Below are positions 28,580-39,847 of a stretch of DNA of 64,000 nt, piece by piece. The DNA is taken from assembly GCA_963702845.1 (NCBI GenBank), contig OY969763.1, positions 5,568,001 through 5,632,000 of the forward strand, in the 5' to 3' direction. The stretch is from an uncultured Verrucomicrobiae bacterium. Its GTDB lineage: Bacteria > Verrucomicrobiota > Verrucomicrobiia > Limisphaerales > Palsa-1400. The position numbers were made by a program, and so were the translations under genes. Positions within the stretch are counted from its first letter, which is position 1. Each line of letters begins with the position of its first letter. Below the pieces are notes generated by a model. The model did no database searches, had not been told where the DNA came from, and saw nothing but the letters and a program-made list of their open reading frames with translations.

Positions 28580-29845
28580 GTGTTCGTGGATGTGAATAAA
28601 TCCGGCAACGAGGCGACACAAAATTCAATGTCCATACGAATGTCCTGCTCAACGAGGTACGCACTGGCAGTCGCCATCATTGGCGTCGTGACCATGTTGC
28701 GAATGTTATTAAGCCCTTTACTTGGCTCGCACTTTCCATTTTCCACTTACTACATTGGCGTCACGATCGCGATGTGGCTGTGTGGCACAGCCCCCGCCAT
28801 CACCGCATGCCTGCTTGGGTATATCGGTGCGGAGTATTTTTTCTACGGCCGCCCCGCCATGGACGTCGATCCGGCTGGCGTTTTGATGTATTTCGCCGTG
28901 ACTGTGACGATTATCGGCGTTGGCCGGTCCATGCAGCGCGCGAAACATCGCGTCGAAGCTAGCATGGCTGAAGCCAAACTCCGTCACCAGGAATACGAGC
29001 GGGAAATCATTCGCCGCCAGGGTGTCGAACGGGAACTGGAAGCAACGAGGCAAGCGCTGCGCGATTACGCGCACACGTTGGAAGATCAGGTGGCCGAACG
29101 CACTCAGAAACTCACCGAGACGATCAAGTCTCTCGAAGGTTTTTGTTACACCATTGCACACGATTTGCGCACGCCCATCCGTGCGATGCAGGGATACGCC
29201 AGCGTGCTGGTCGATGAATGCGAGTTGACCGCGCGCGGCAAAGATTACGCCGCGAAGATCAGCCAATCCGCTTGCCGCATGGATCAGCTCGTGCAGGACT
29301 TGCTGGCTTATGGTCGGTTGACGCACGAACCGGTGGCGCTGAGTTCCGTCGACGTGGAGTCGGTGCTCGATCAATTGTTGTCGCACATGCACGACGAAAC
29401 GCACGAGGCGCAAGTGTCGGTGTTACGACCGTTACCGAAAGTTCTGGCACAGCCAACGATTCTAACTCAGGCGCTCGGTAATTTGCTCCGCAACGCGATC
29501 AAGTTTGTGAAGCCGGGGACGATGCCGAACATTTATATTCGCGCCGAGGAGTTGCCGTATTCGATTCGGATTTGCATCGATGACAACGGCATTGGGATTG
29601 ACCCGCAGTATCACGATAAAATTTTCCATGTGTTCGAGCGCCTGCATCGGCCGGAAGAATATCCTGGCACGGGAATTGGCCTGGCGATTGTCAAAAAAGG
29701 AATCGAACGTCTCGGCGGTCGCGTGGGTTTGAAATCGACTCCTGGTAAAGGAAGCTGTTTTTGGGTCGAACTCGAAAAGGCGAGCGCGGCGGTCGGAAAG
29801 ATGGTCGACGGATTGAGCAACAAACTTACGCAGGCGGCGAGCTAA
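28580..29845 (+). CDS. Orphan sensor histidine kinase with a DUF4118-like membrane domain
   Basis: RYALAV...LSPLLG TM region; YTIAHDLRTP, NLLRNAIKF, DNGIGI, YPGTGIGLAIV. Confidence 0.92.
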   Translation: MFVDVNKSGNEATQNSMSIRMSCSTRYALAVAIIGVVTMLRMLLSPLLGSHFPFSTYYIGVTIAMWLCGTAPAITACLLGYIGAEYFFYGRPAMDVDPAGVLMYFAVTVTIIGVGRSMQRAKHRVEASMAEAKLRHQEYEREIIRRQGVERELEATRQALRDYAHTLEDQVAERTQKLTETIKSLEGFCYTIAHDLRTPIRAMQGYASVLVDECELTARGKDYAAKISQSACRMDQLVQDLLAYGRLTHEPVALSSVDVESVLDQLLSHMHDETHEAQVSVLRPLPKVLAQPTILTQALGNLLRNAIKFVKPGTMPNIYIRAEELPYSIRICIDDNGIGIDPQYHDKIFHVFERLHRPEEYPGTGIGLAIVKKGIERLGGRVGLKSTPGKGSCFWVELEKASAAVGKMVDGLSNKLTQAAS

Positions 29846-31156
29846 GGTCGGTTTTTGTATTTGTTGTAGAGTCGCGTATGGCGGCTCTCCAAAGACATCT
29901 CTTTGCCCGCGATCCAGACGTGACGAACGTTGGCGCGGAGGTCGAGGAGGCTTCCGTCGCACGCAAATAAGGTTGCGTCTTTGCCGGGTTCGATTGAGCC
30001 GAGCTTGTCTGAGACGCCGGCGATTTGCGCGGGATACAAAGTCACTCCTTTGATTGCTTCATCTTCGGGCAGGCCGAACGCGACGGCTTGCGCTGCTTCG
30101 TAGGGCAGGTTTTTGATCAGGGATGCAATGAAGGTGCTGCCGCCCAGGCTGAAGCTCACTTTCACTCCTGCTTTGTGCAGTTTTTCCGGCGCGGTGTAAT
30201 GCGAGTCGTAGGACTCGTAATCATGTGCGGGCTGTTGATAGGTGTGCTCCCAAATCACCGGGATATTCTTCTGCGCCAATAAATCCGCCGTCATCCAGGC
30301 ATCGCGACCACCGGCGATCACGAGTTTGAAGTGATTCGTGTCGGCCCATTTGATTGCCGCTTTGATTTCGCGCACGTCGTTGGCATGAACGATGATCGGC
30401 AATTCGGCGCGAACATATGGACGCATCGCTTCCCATGATGGATTTCTGCCGGGGTCGGCGGCGGCATTTGTTTTGGCGACGTCGCGGGCCAAAACGTAGG
30501 CGCGGGCATCCTGGAAAAAATCATCGAGCGATTTGAGTTTGTTGGTGCGTTCCTTGGCCTGGTCTTCGGGTGATTTCCATTTGGCTTTGTCCTTCACCTT
30601 TTCTTTCGGTGTGAGGTCCAGGTCCATATCGGGCCAGTAGACGTGGAGGGCGATGGGTTTTTTGTAGGCCATCTGCTCGCTCGTCCAACCGTCGAGAACA
30701 ACCAGTCCGGATTGGCCTGCGACGATGTTGCCTTGTGGAGCGGGTTCGACGTGCGTGACGCCGTTGGCACGAGTGACGGGGAGAAGTTCGGAATCTGGAT
30801 TGACGGCGATCCACGATTTCACGTCCGGAACGAAGTCGCCGACTTCGCGTTCGTCGAGCGTGGCGCGAACGCCGCTGAGTTCAGTCAGGCCGAGCGACGT
30901 GTCCAAGGCGATCATGCCCGGATAGAGATGCTGGCCTTTTAGATCGAGGACGGATGCATCGCTCTCGATGTGCGCAGAGACTTATTTGATTTTGCCGTTT
31001 TCGATCAGGACGTCGCCGGGGTTGAGGGTGGAGCCGGAGACGGTGTGAACGATGGCATTGCGAAGAAGAAGTTGTTCTCCACGCAAACGGCAAGAGCGAT
31101 AACCCAAAAACCGCAAACGCTATTGGAAATTTGAGATTTGAGATTTGAAATCTCAT
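29842..31156 (-). CDS. Secreted amidohydrolase-family protein (metal motif degenerate); frameshifted near 30.9-31.1 kb
   Basis: PVTRANGVTH, NLPYEAAQAVAFGL, LGSIEPGKDATLF; ATGA overlap with the upstream gene. Confidence 0.85.
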
Positions 31157-34100
31157 TGTTCGTCCTCCTCGCAATGCCGGACTTTGCCGTCGTACCGATG
31201 TTCTAGACTCACTTCGAAAAATTTCTTTTTGGCTGCGGCACTGCTGTCTTTGTCGCTGTCGCCTTTGGTGGCTTCTTTCGCTTTTTTGATTAAGGCGCGG
31301 CGTTCTTTATCGATGGCAGCAAAACGGGCTTTCGATTGATCGCGGTCGAAATATTTTTTGCCGTCGATCCAGGTTTGGAGGCAGACGCTCGAAGAATCGA
31401 GCGGGTTCTTGGACCAGATGGCGAGATCGGCGTCTTTGCCGGCTTCCAGAGAGCCGACGTATTTGTCGATGCGCAGTTGTTTGGCCGGATTCAGCGTTAC
31501 GAATTTCAGAGCTTCGATTTCCGGTGTACCGCCGTATTTGACTGCTTTGGCGGCTTCCAGATTGAGATGGCGCGCGAGGTCGGAGGAATCGGAGTTGAAC
31601 GAAACAACTACGCCGCGGTCGTGCATGAGGCTGCCGTTGTAGGGAATGGCGTCGTAGACTTCGAATTTGTAGGCCCACCAATCAGCGAAGGTCGATCCTC
31701 CAACTTTGCCGTCGGCGAGTTCCTCGGCGATTTTGTAGCCTTCGAGCACGTGCTGGAACGAGCCGATCTGGACGTCGAAACCTTGCATGAGACGCAGGAG
31801 CATCAGGATTTCGTCCTGACGATAGGAATGGCAGTGGATCCAGCGTTTGCCTTGCAGAATTTCGCCGATCGCTTCGAGTTCGAGATCACGACGGGGTGCA
31901 GTTTTCGTTTTGTCGGATTGTTTTTTGGGCGAACCATCGGTGGTGCCGTGTCTTTGTAGTCGTCCCATTCTTTGAGATAGCGCTGGGCGGCGATGAAGCG
32001 ATTGGCGACGAACGCTTCGACGCCCATGCGGGTTTGCGGAAAACGGGTTTTGTATTTTTCGCCCCAGTTGGATTGTTTCACGTTTTCGCCGAGGGCGAAT
32101 TTGATGCCCTGCGGTGCGGCGGCGAATTTCAGGTCTTCAGGGCTCGCGCCATCGCGCAGTTTGATGACGCAGTTTTGGCCGCCGATGGGATTGGCGGAAC
32201 CGTGGAGCAGGTTGCAGGCGGTGACGCCGCCGGCAAGTTGCTCATATATATTCGGGGTTTCCGAATTGACGACGTCGCCGATGCGGACCATTGCCGTGCT
32301 CGGGATGGTGCCTTCGTTGACGTCGCCCAGAATCATGCTGTGATTGTGGCAGTCGATGATGCCCGGGGTGACGTGTTCGCCTTTGGCGTCGACGACCAAC
32401 TCGTCGCCATCACGGTCGTAATTGAATTGTCCGACTTCAGCAATTTTGCCGTCACGAATGAGGATGGAGGCGTTGGTCAGGATGCCGTCTTTGGCGCAGG
32501 TCCAGATGGTCGCATGCTCAATCAAAACGGCTGGCGGATTTGTCAGCGCGCCGCGACCGTCTAAGGGCGAATGGGCGACACGCGGTTTTGGCGCTTCGGA
32601 CTTTTTTGCCTTTCGCAGTTTTAGCTTTGGTTCCGTTTTCCGATTTCGCCTTCGCGATTTTCGTGGGTTTCTCTTTTTCGGCTTTCTCGGTTTCGGTTGG
32701 TTCCGGTGCGGGAGATTTTTCTGGTTCGACAACTTTTGGTGTGGCGGGAGAAGTTTTGGTCGATTCTTCTTTTTTCTCGGTGGACGAGCAGGTTTGTATT
32801 ACCGTCGGTTTTTGGTTCTTCGGAATCGGTGCGATAGAAGCGGCCATCGATCCAGACGCTCTGCACTTTGGATTCCGGATCGAAATAACCTTTGCCATTT
32901 ACGACGGTGAGATTTGCGTATTTGCCGGCTTCGATCGTGCCGAGTTGGTTTTCCAATCCGCAGAGTGTTGCGGGAACAGTCGTCAATGCGGCGAGTGCGT
33001 CGGATTCGGAGAGGCCGCGTTGGATGGCGAGTTTGAGGTTTTTGCGGAAGGTTTTTTTGTCTTCCAACCCAAAAGTCGTCAGGGCGATTTCCAGTTTTTG
33101 GCGGCGTAGGAGGGCGGCGTTTTCTGGGGCCCAATCCCAGGCGCGGAGTTGGTCGAGGGAAACCTGGGTCCAATCGTCGTCGGTCGGGAGTTTCGGCGCT
33201 TCGGGAAAATTCAATGGGACGATGAATGGGGCGGCGGTGGCTTTCGCCAAATCCGGACGACGCCATTCCTGGCCGCTGGAGAGGATGCAGAAATCTAAAC
33301 CGATTTCGCGAGCAACACGGGCGGCGCGGTCGACCATCAACGCGCTACGGGGTTCGAAGGCGACGCGCATTTGTTTTTTGACGGCGGGTGCTAGCGCGTC
33401 GAGAGCTGGGTTGTACTCGGAGCCGTTTTCCATCCCTGAACTGCTGCGGACGTGGACGTCCGCACTCCGAAGGGCGTGTTGGGCGTCGAAGAAGGTTTGG
33501 CGGACGGCGGCGACGACGCCCATCAGAGATTCGGGATAGGCGTCTTCTTTCACGCCTTCTTCGAAGCCGACATGTTGGAATACATCGGGCCGGATGATGG
33601 CGCGATTGGGATCGGTATCGCCCAAAGCGACAAAAACGCTGGTGCCGCGAATGATGCCTTTGTCGGGCACGACATTGGCAGTGGTGAAGCCAAGTTCGCG
33701 CATGGCTTCAAGAGATTTTGCGTCGGGCGCGAAGGTCTTGGCCATGCGGCGCTCGGGAGTGATCGCGGGCAATTCTGAGCCGGGACCGGGAGCGCCGGGA
33801 TCGCGTTCGGAACCGGGGACGCCGAAGAATTTGATTCCGGCGGTAAGATCGTTGCGGTCTTTTTTGGCGCCGGGATCGGGAGAGCCGGTGGCTGAAAGTG
33901 TCAGGTAGGGGTCGATGAAGCCGGCGTAAATGGTGTTGCTCTTAAGGTTCCAAACACGAGCGTCGGGGGGGATGGAAATGTTCGCGCCGACTTTTTCGAT
34001 CTTGCCAGCGCGGATGACGACGGTGGCGTTGCTGATGACCTGGCCGGGTTTGACGACGACCGTCGCGCCGACAAGTGCATGGACACCAGCCGGAACAGGA

Positions 34101-34192
34101 CGGAAGCCGGGTGCGAGTAGTTCGGTGGCGGCATGTGCGCAGATCGCGAGGAGCGATACAGCGGCAATGAGCGTTTTGCGTAATGAAAACAT
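31153..34192 (-). CDS. Secreted protein with two amidohydrolase domains; frameshifted near 31.9 kb and 32.6-32.9 kb
   Basis: Domain 1 IYAGFIDPY...LGTIEAGKYANL; K/E/P-rich linker; domain 2 TPGIIDCHNH, GSANPIGGQ, KFALGEN, HCHSYR, GSLEAGKDAD. Confidence 0.87.
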
Positions 34193-34251
34193 CAACAAAG
34201 GTTTTAGTGTGCGTGCGATGGGGGTGGTTTTCAAGCAGCGGGTTTTTAAAA

Positions 34252-34955
34252 CACCAAGGCGCCAAGGCACCAAGGGGAGAATTGAAAACTTCAAATACCA
34301 AACTCCAAACTCCATAGAAACTCCAAAATCCAATATCCATGAGTGTTTCTGAGTGCGGAGAAAACGTGCGAAAATGGGGGTTAAAACAGCATGTGAAAAT
34401 TCACGAAGCGCAAGCGGGCGTGGATATTTTTGAGATTTGGACCCTTTGTATAAAACATTTTTTTTGGTGGCAATGGCCGGCAGTAGGTGACAGAGGGTGG
34501 CAGTAGGTGCAATTTTCGATGGTTGAGGGTTGAGGGCTGGAAAGGATGCGTCGAGCTGCAGGTCCACGCGCACCATTCCAAAGCGGCAGGGGAGCTCAGC
34601 GTCTGCCTCGGGCACACGCGCTCCAAAACCTTCGATATCTTCGAGCATTTCCACATAACGAACCTTTCCATGTTTCCTCCTTCGCGTGAAGCTATGGAGG
34701 ACAGGCCGACGGGCGTGATTGCCCGGCGGGCACGCTCGTGCGTGCGGGTGGGATTATGGCAGGAAGGCGCTACTCGTCAAAAAATGTAGGGAAAGGAGGG
34801 AAACCAGGGAAAGAAATGGCAGTTATTTGTCAGAAAAAGTGTCGATTTGAGAGGGGTGGCATGGAAGTTGAGCCAACGCAAAGGCGCGAGGATGCAAAGA
34901 CACAAAGAGGATTTGAAACACGGATGGAGAAACCACAGGGGCACAGAGACACAGC
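34252..34955. repeat. Cluster of several different short imperfect tandem and palindromic repeats in a long spacer
   Basis: (C[AG]CCAAGG)x3, AACTCCA-like x7, GGCAGTAGGTG x2, GGTTGAG x2, TCCTCC...GGAGGA hairpin, ACGCAAAG-like x4, CACAGAG-like x3. Confidence 0.7.
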
Positions 34956-34971
34956 GCGCGTGGTGCGCGGT

Positions 34972-35826
34972 TTATCGACTTGCCACTGTGGTAACATTTG
35001 TGAGAGCGGCCCAGTCTTTGAGTCCGCCGGTTTGGCCCGCTATCCAACTTAGCGAAGGTGCTTCCTGGAGCCGGTAGGTTTCGACGTGACCGTCGGCAAA
35101 GGTTAGAGGATAGGAATTTGAGTGATGACGAGTCGGCAGGTCGAGTAGTCCACGTCGTGAAGTCGATTGCCCCATATCGACCAGAAACATGCCGTCATCA
35201 ACGCTGCTAGTATCTTCTTCAACAAAAACAAAAATACCCGCAGGTTTCGTAATCTGGTTTTGCCTCGTGAACAGTCTGAAGTTGCATTGGTCGATGGTCT
35301 GCGGGGAGAGCATGTTCACGTCGTAGGCTGTGCCAAAGGTCTGGCCGGCGAGATAGGAATTCATCGAATAGGTGCGGAGGATGGGCTGATTTTTGTACGG
35401 GCCAGTTATTTGAGTGGCGAGTCGTTTATCATCGGGACATTTATAAGGTGAAAGAGTTCGCACGTATGGCCAGAGGTCGCCGCGTTCGATGTCGAGCGGG
35501 TCTGCTCCTCGGTATGGATCCGTATAAATCGAACCTGCTTCATTACCCCAAACCCAACTATTCGTGTTGGTGGAGTAAATTGGATAACTGTAGACAAGTC
35601 TGTCGTTGTTCTGTGCGGGATACATGGCCCAGGCATAAGTCAGTTGGCGCAGGTTGTTCATCGACTGAACGAGTGAACTGTTGTTGTGGGTGCGGCCAAT
35701 GGCCGGTGCGACGATGATTGCGCAGAGAAAAACGATGGCGCCGGCGGCGAGCAGGTCGATGGCGGTGAAGCCCGACGCTGCGCGGCGCGTGATGCGCGAC
35801 TTATCGACTTGGAACTGTGGTAACAT
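34972..35826 (-). CDS. Prepilin-like DUF1559 / H-X9-DG protein, paralogue 1 (start uncertain)
   Basis: GFTAIDLLA, SMNNLRQL, YKCPDD, HHSNSYPLTFADGHVE. Confidence 0.85.
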   Translation of the reverse strand: MLPQFQVDKSRITRRAASGFTAIDLLAAGAIVFLCAIIVAPAIGRTHNNSSLVQSMNNLRQLTYAWAMYPAQNNDRLVYSYPIYSTNTNSWVWGNEAGSIYTDPYRGADPLDIERGDLWPYVRTLSPYKCPDDKRLATQITGPYKNQPILRTYSMNSYLAGQTFGTAYDVNMLSPQTIDQCNFRLFTRQNQITKPAGIFVFVEEDTSSVDDGMFLVDMGQSTSRRGLLDLPTRHHSNSYPLTFADGHVETYRLQEAPSLSWIAGQTGGLKDWAALTNVTTVASR

Positions 35827-36625
35827 TTGTGAGAGCGGCCCAGTCTCTGGTTCCACCCGGTTGCCCCGGCGCCCAATTTAGCGAATTTGCTTCCTGGAGC
35901 CGGTAGGTTTCGACGTGGCCGTCGGCAAACGCTAGAGGATAGGAGTTGGAGTGATGACGTACTGGGAGATCGAGAAACTTTCTCGCTCCGCCCATGTCCA
36001 TAATGAACATGCTGTCGTTGATGCTGGCGCCGTCCTCTTCGATGAGGACGTAAAGACCGGAAGGTTTAGAAAGTTGGCTTTCTTTAACAAACAAACGATA
36101 AGTGTCGCTATCCCAAGTTGACGGGCTTGTGATGGTAGCCAAACCAGGGTACGTCTCGCCAGCCATGTATGAGTTAACGGAATAGCTGCGGAGAATCAGT
36201 TGGTTCTTCAAGGCTCCGCTGGCCTGAGATGCCAAACGGTTGTCGGACGGACATCTGTAAGGTGAGAGCGAACGAACGTAAGGCCAGAGATCGCCACCTT
36301 CTATGCCGGCGGGATCCGCTCCGCCGTAACTGTATGAGCCGGCGGTGCCCGTCGAGTCAGCATTGCCTTTGCACCATGTGTTCTGATTGCCACCGAAGTT
36401 TGGATAGCTGTAAACGAGTCGGCCTCCGTTTTGCGCAGGATACATTGACCACGCGTTCATGAGTTGGCGCAGGTTGTTGATCGATTGGATAAGAGAATTG
36501 TTGCTGTGCGTGCGACCGAGCGCGGGAAGCACAATCAATGCGAAAATGAAAAGAGCAGCACACAGTGCAAGCAGATCAGCGCGAGTAAACGCGCCTCGGT
36601 CACGATGGATGGTTTTCGGTTTCAT
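35801..36625 (-). CDS. Prepilin-like DUF1559 / H-X9-DG protein, paralogue 2
   Basis: GAFTRADLLA, SINNLRQL, YRCPSD, HHSNSYPLAFADGHVE. Confidence 0.88.
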   Translation of the reverse strand: MKPKTIHRDRGAFTRADLLALCAALFIFALIVLPALGRTHSNNSLIQSINNLRQLMNAWSMYPAQNGGRLVYSYPNFGGNQNTWCKGNADSTGTAGSYSYGGADPAGIEGGDLWPYVRSLSPYRCPSDNRLASQASGALKNQLILRSYSVNSYMAGETYPGLATITSPSTWDSDTYRLFVKESQLSKPSGLYVLIEEDGASINDSMFIMDMGGARKFLDLPVRHHSNSYPLAFADGHVETYRLQEANSLNWAPGQPGGTRDWAALTNVTTVPSR

Positions 36626-36628
36626 GGC

Positions 36629-39600
36629 TTAGAAAGCGGCGACGCGGTAGATGCGGTGATCTCTGGTGGCAGAAGAGTCAGTGATCGACGCGAGATTGCC
36701 GGTGATGGTGATGGTGCCGTTGAGAATCTGCCAAGTCGCGTCGTCGATATTGTCTTTGTATTGGACGTGATAGGTCTGGCCCGGACTTGAAGGCCATGAA
36801 ATGGTTGTGCCGGTGTCTGAAACCGATACGGTTGCATAGAGGAACGCGAACTCGAAAACATCGGTGCCCTGGTTGAAGTCGCCGTTCACAAGATCGCTGC
36901 CGAAACTCGAGAACACGACGGTATGGCCATCCGCGGTGAACACGGGTGCGAACGAGCGGAGGTTGCCGCCGGATCTGGAGATGCGCCGGTGCTCAGGATG
37001 GAGTTTGTTCCAGTTTGCGTGTCGTAAACGAACAGGCGCGGGGCGCCGTTCGTGTCGGGAAATTCCATGTTCTGGACAAGGTTCGAAGAGGTGCTTCGAT
37101 AAACGATGTAGCGACCGTCAGCGCTAATATCCGGAAAGTCAGAAACGGCGCCGGCTGACTGGGTTGAATCGTATCGATGCGTGATCAAAGTGATGACGTG
37201 TTGGGCAAGGTCGTAGGTCATCAGGTCGGTCCCATTTCCATAAACCAACAGGCCGCCGCCGAAATGAGGAGCGTAGCGGGGCAATGCATTTGCTGAACCG
37301 ATAGCAGTGTCGATGCCGTGCGACAAAAGATGCAAAACGCCTGTTATGACATATGCGATTGAGGTTCCGTCCTCTGTGATCGCCAGACCCGGGGCTGAAG
37401 CGCTGGACGCCACAACAGTGCGAGAGCCTGTCGCCGATGACCAAAGCCAAAGTCCTGCGGTGCCGGAGAAGACTCCCGAGTAGACGACGAAGCGGCCGTT
37501 GTGTGTCATGGCTGCATCGACGAATGAGCTCGTGGTCAGCGCATAAATATTGGAGCTTTGCATGTCGCGCACGAATACGTTTTCACCGCTGAACCCAGTG
37601 TTGGTGGTGAGATTGTTGGCCTTGCTGCGGAAGAGAAGATATTTGCCATCGCCGCTGACGAACGGTGAATACGAATGGTTGTTTGCCTGTACGCCGGCAG
37701 CGGTTTGGCCTGCGAGAGTCATCGTTCCGGTTTGGAGATCCGCCACAAAAACGTTCTGATATCTGTTCGTGGCGCGAGTCATATTTGTCGAGTAACTGGT
37801 GAAGGCAACGTACCGACCATCGCCGCTGATGGACGGTTCGCTCGAGGCGCTATTGGCACTGACACCGTTGCTTGAGACGCTTACTAGTCGTGTCGTGCCG
37901 GTGAGCAAGTCGCGCACGAAAACATCGCGGCTGTTGTTGCTGTCGTTGGTGACGAGGTTTTCGGCCAGGCTGGAGAATGTGACAAAACGGCCGTCGGCAC
38001 TGACCGACCAGGGAGATAAGCTATTGAATCCGGCGGCGGTCGAACCAGCCGGCAAAGTTGGTTCGCGCGATGAGATTAGTTCGACGTAGCCGAGATTCAT
38101 GTCGCGCACAAAGATGTCGTGCGAACGGTTGTTGTCATCGGGAGTGAGTTGATTATCGAATGCATCGAATGCGATCGATCGCGCATCGCCGCTCAAGCTT
38201 GGCAGGGTCGTTGGTAACAGTGAAGCAATGGTACCGCTGGGGTTAATGTCAATTAACGTTGTGGTGTTCGATTGGAGATCATGAATGTAACAATGGAATC
38301 CCGCAGGCATGGCGTTGGTGACCAGATCGGGGGCATTGCTGATGAAGGTGACGAAGCGGCCGGTTGGGTCAATTGAAGGAGCGTCGCAAAGGTAATTAGT
38401 TGAGGGCGCGCCGTTGAGGTTGGCGCTCACCAAGGCGCTGACGCCGGTTTGCGCATCCCAGACTTTGATAGAGCTTCCCGGGATACCGGAGCCTGTACCG
38501 ACCATTCCAACCTTTGCCATGTAAACAACATATCGGCCGTCAGAAGTCATTTCGAGAGTGCGCACTTCTTCATTGGGACCGATAGGCGCGAACGCATTGG
38601 TCTCGATGATGTCGGTGATCGCGGTGGCGACGTTGTAGCGTAAAACGACGCCAGTAGGGCCAGTGGAACTTGAGACAGCTTGGGCGCTCTTGGCCTGAAA
38701 CGCGACGAATTGGCCGTCGGCGCTGATGCAGTGGTCGTAGGAAATGTTGTTGGGTGAGCCGGTATTGTTGGTCGCGACAATTGCATGGGCGTCGATGCTG
38801 GCGCAGATGGTCGTGCCGGCAACGGTGTCGCGGAGGTAGATTTCGCCAGCGTAATTTGTGATGGCGGAGACGAGGTTGGTCGCAGTGCTGTAGAAGGCGA
38901 CGTAACGGCCGTCGGGGGTGATTTCGGGTGATTCGGACGAATTAACAAACGGCGCTTGGGTGGTTGCCTTGGCTCCGACGCTGATCAGCGTCGTGGTGTT
39001 TGACCATGTGTCGCGCACGAATATGTCGGCAATGTTGTTGATGTCGCCAGAAACGAGATTGCTCGCGGCACTGACGAAGGCGATGTAGCGGCCGTCCGGC
39101 GTTATGACTGCGGAGCGCGATGCACCATTGGCAGTGCTTCCATCGGCGGCGACGCTGATCAAAGCGGTGGTGTTGCTTACAGCATCGCGCAGGAAAATGT
39201 CGGCGACGTTATTCGTGTCGTTTGGAACGAGGTCGCTGGCGCTGCTTTCAAAGGCGACGAATTGGCCGTTTGTCGAAATATCCGATGGAAGCGAATCGCC
39301 GTTGCCGCCGTTCAACTGAGATTGGTTGCCGCTAATTAACGTTGTCGCTCCTGAGGTTCGGTCGCGCAGAAAGACGTTTAGTTTGGCGGGGAATGTTTGC
39401 GAGAGCGGTGCGCCGTTGACGTTGGTTGCGAGGTTGGCGGCGGTGCTTGAGAACAGGACGAAACGGCCGTCGGGCGTCATCATCGGTGCCATCGAATCAC
39501 CGCCAGCGGAGGCTGGGACGAGGCTCGGGTCGGGAGCGGAAACGGTTTGGAATGGGCCGGCGGACAAATTCGCGCAAATGAGTCCTGTTGCTGACGCAAG

Positions 39601-39630
39601 CGCCAGTAGGGTTTTGGTATTCACTTTCAT
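36629..39630 (-). CDS. Secreted TolB/PD40-like beta-propeller repeat protein; one frameshift near 36980
   Basis: Many (S/T)PDGR(F/Y)VAFxSxAxNLV...DxN..xDIFxRD repeats; continues in ORF 36629-36943 ending HRIYRVAAF. Confidence 0.88.
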
Positions 39631-39777
39631 AATCCCACACCGAAAGGGGAGAGTCGGTCGAAAATGAGGCTGTCCCGACGGGTAATTTTTGTCAAACGCA
39701 GAACGGCGGCGGACGGACGGAGATTATTGAACAGAAGCAAACTAAGGGAACGAAGAGCGCGTTGTTACGAAGCATCA

Positions 39778-39806
39778 TTGCCCTTGGTGGAGGACATGGG
39801 TATGCT
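39778..39806 (+). promoter_or_regulatory. Candidate sigma70 promoter of grpE-dnaJ-rsmE
   Basis: TTGCCC-N17-TATGCT. Confidence 0.5.
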
Positions 39807-39847
39807 TTACCTTTTGACAGCAAGCTAGAGACGCGAAACGTTTACAC

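Noticed and set aside
34193..34654. 154-codon N-terminal extension of the amidohydrolase ORF
   Set aside because: It translates repeat DNA; the signal peptide begins at ATG 34192
34252..34955. CRISPR array
   Set aside because: Units are 7-11 nt, heterogeneous, without regular unique spacers; no cas genes
34972..36625. Diversity-generating retroelement template/variable repeat pair
   Set aside because: Differences are not confined to adenines, similarity spans two whole genes, and there is no reverse transcriptase in the window
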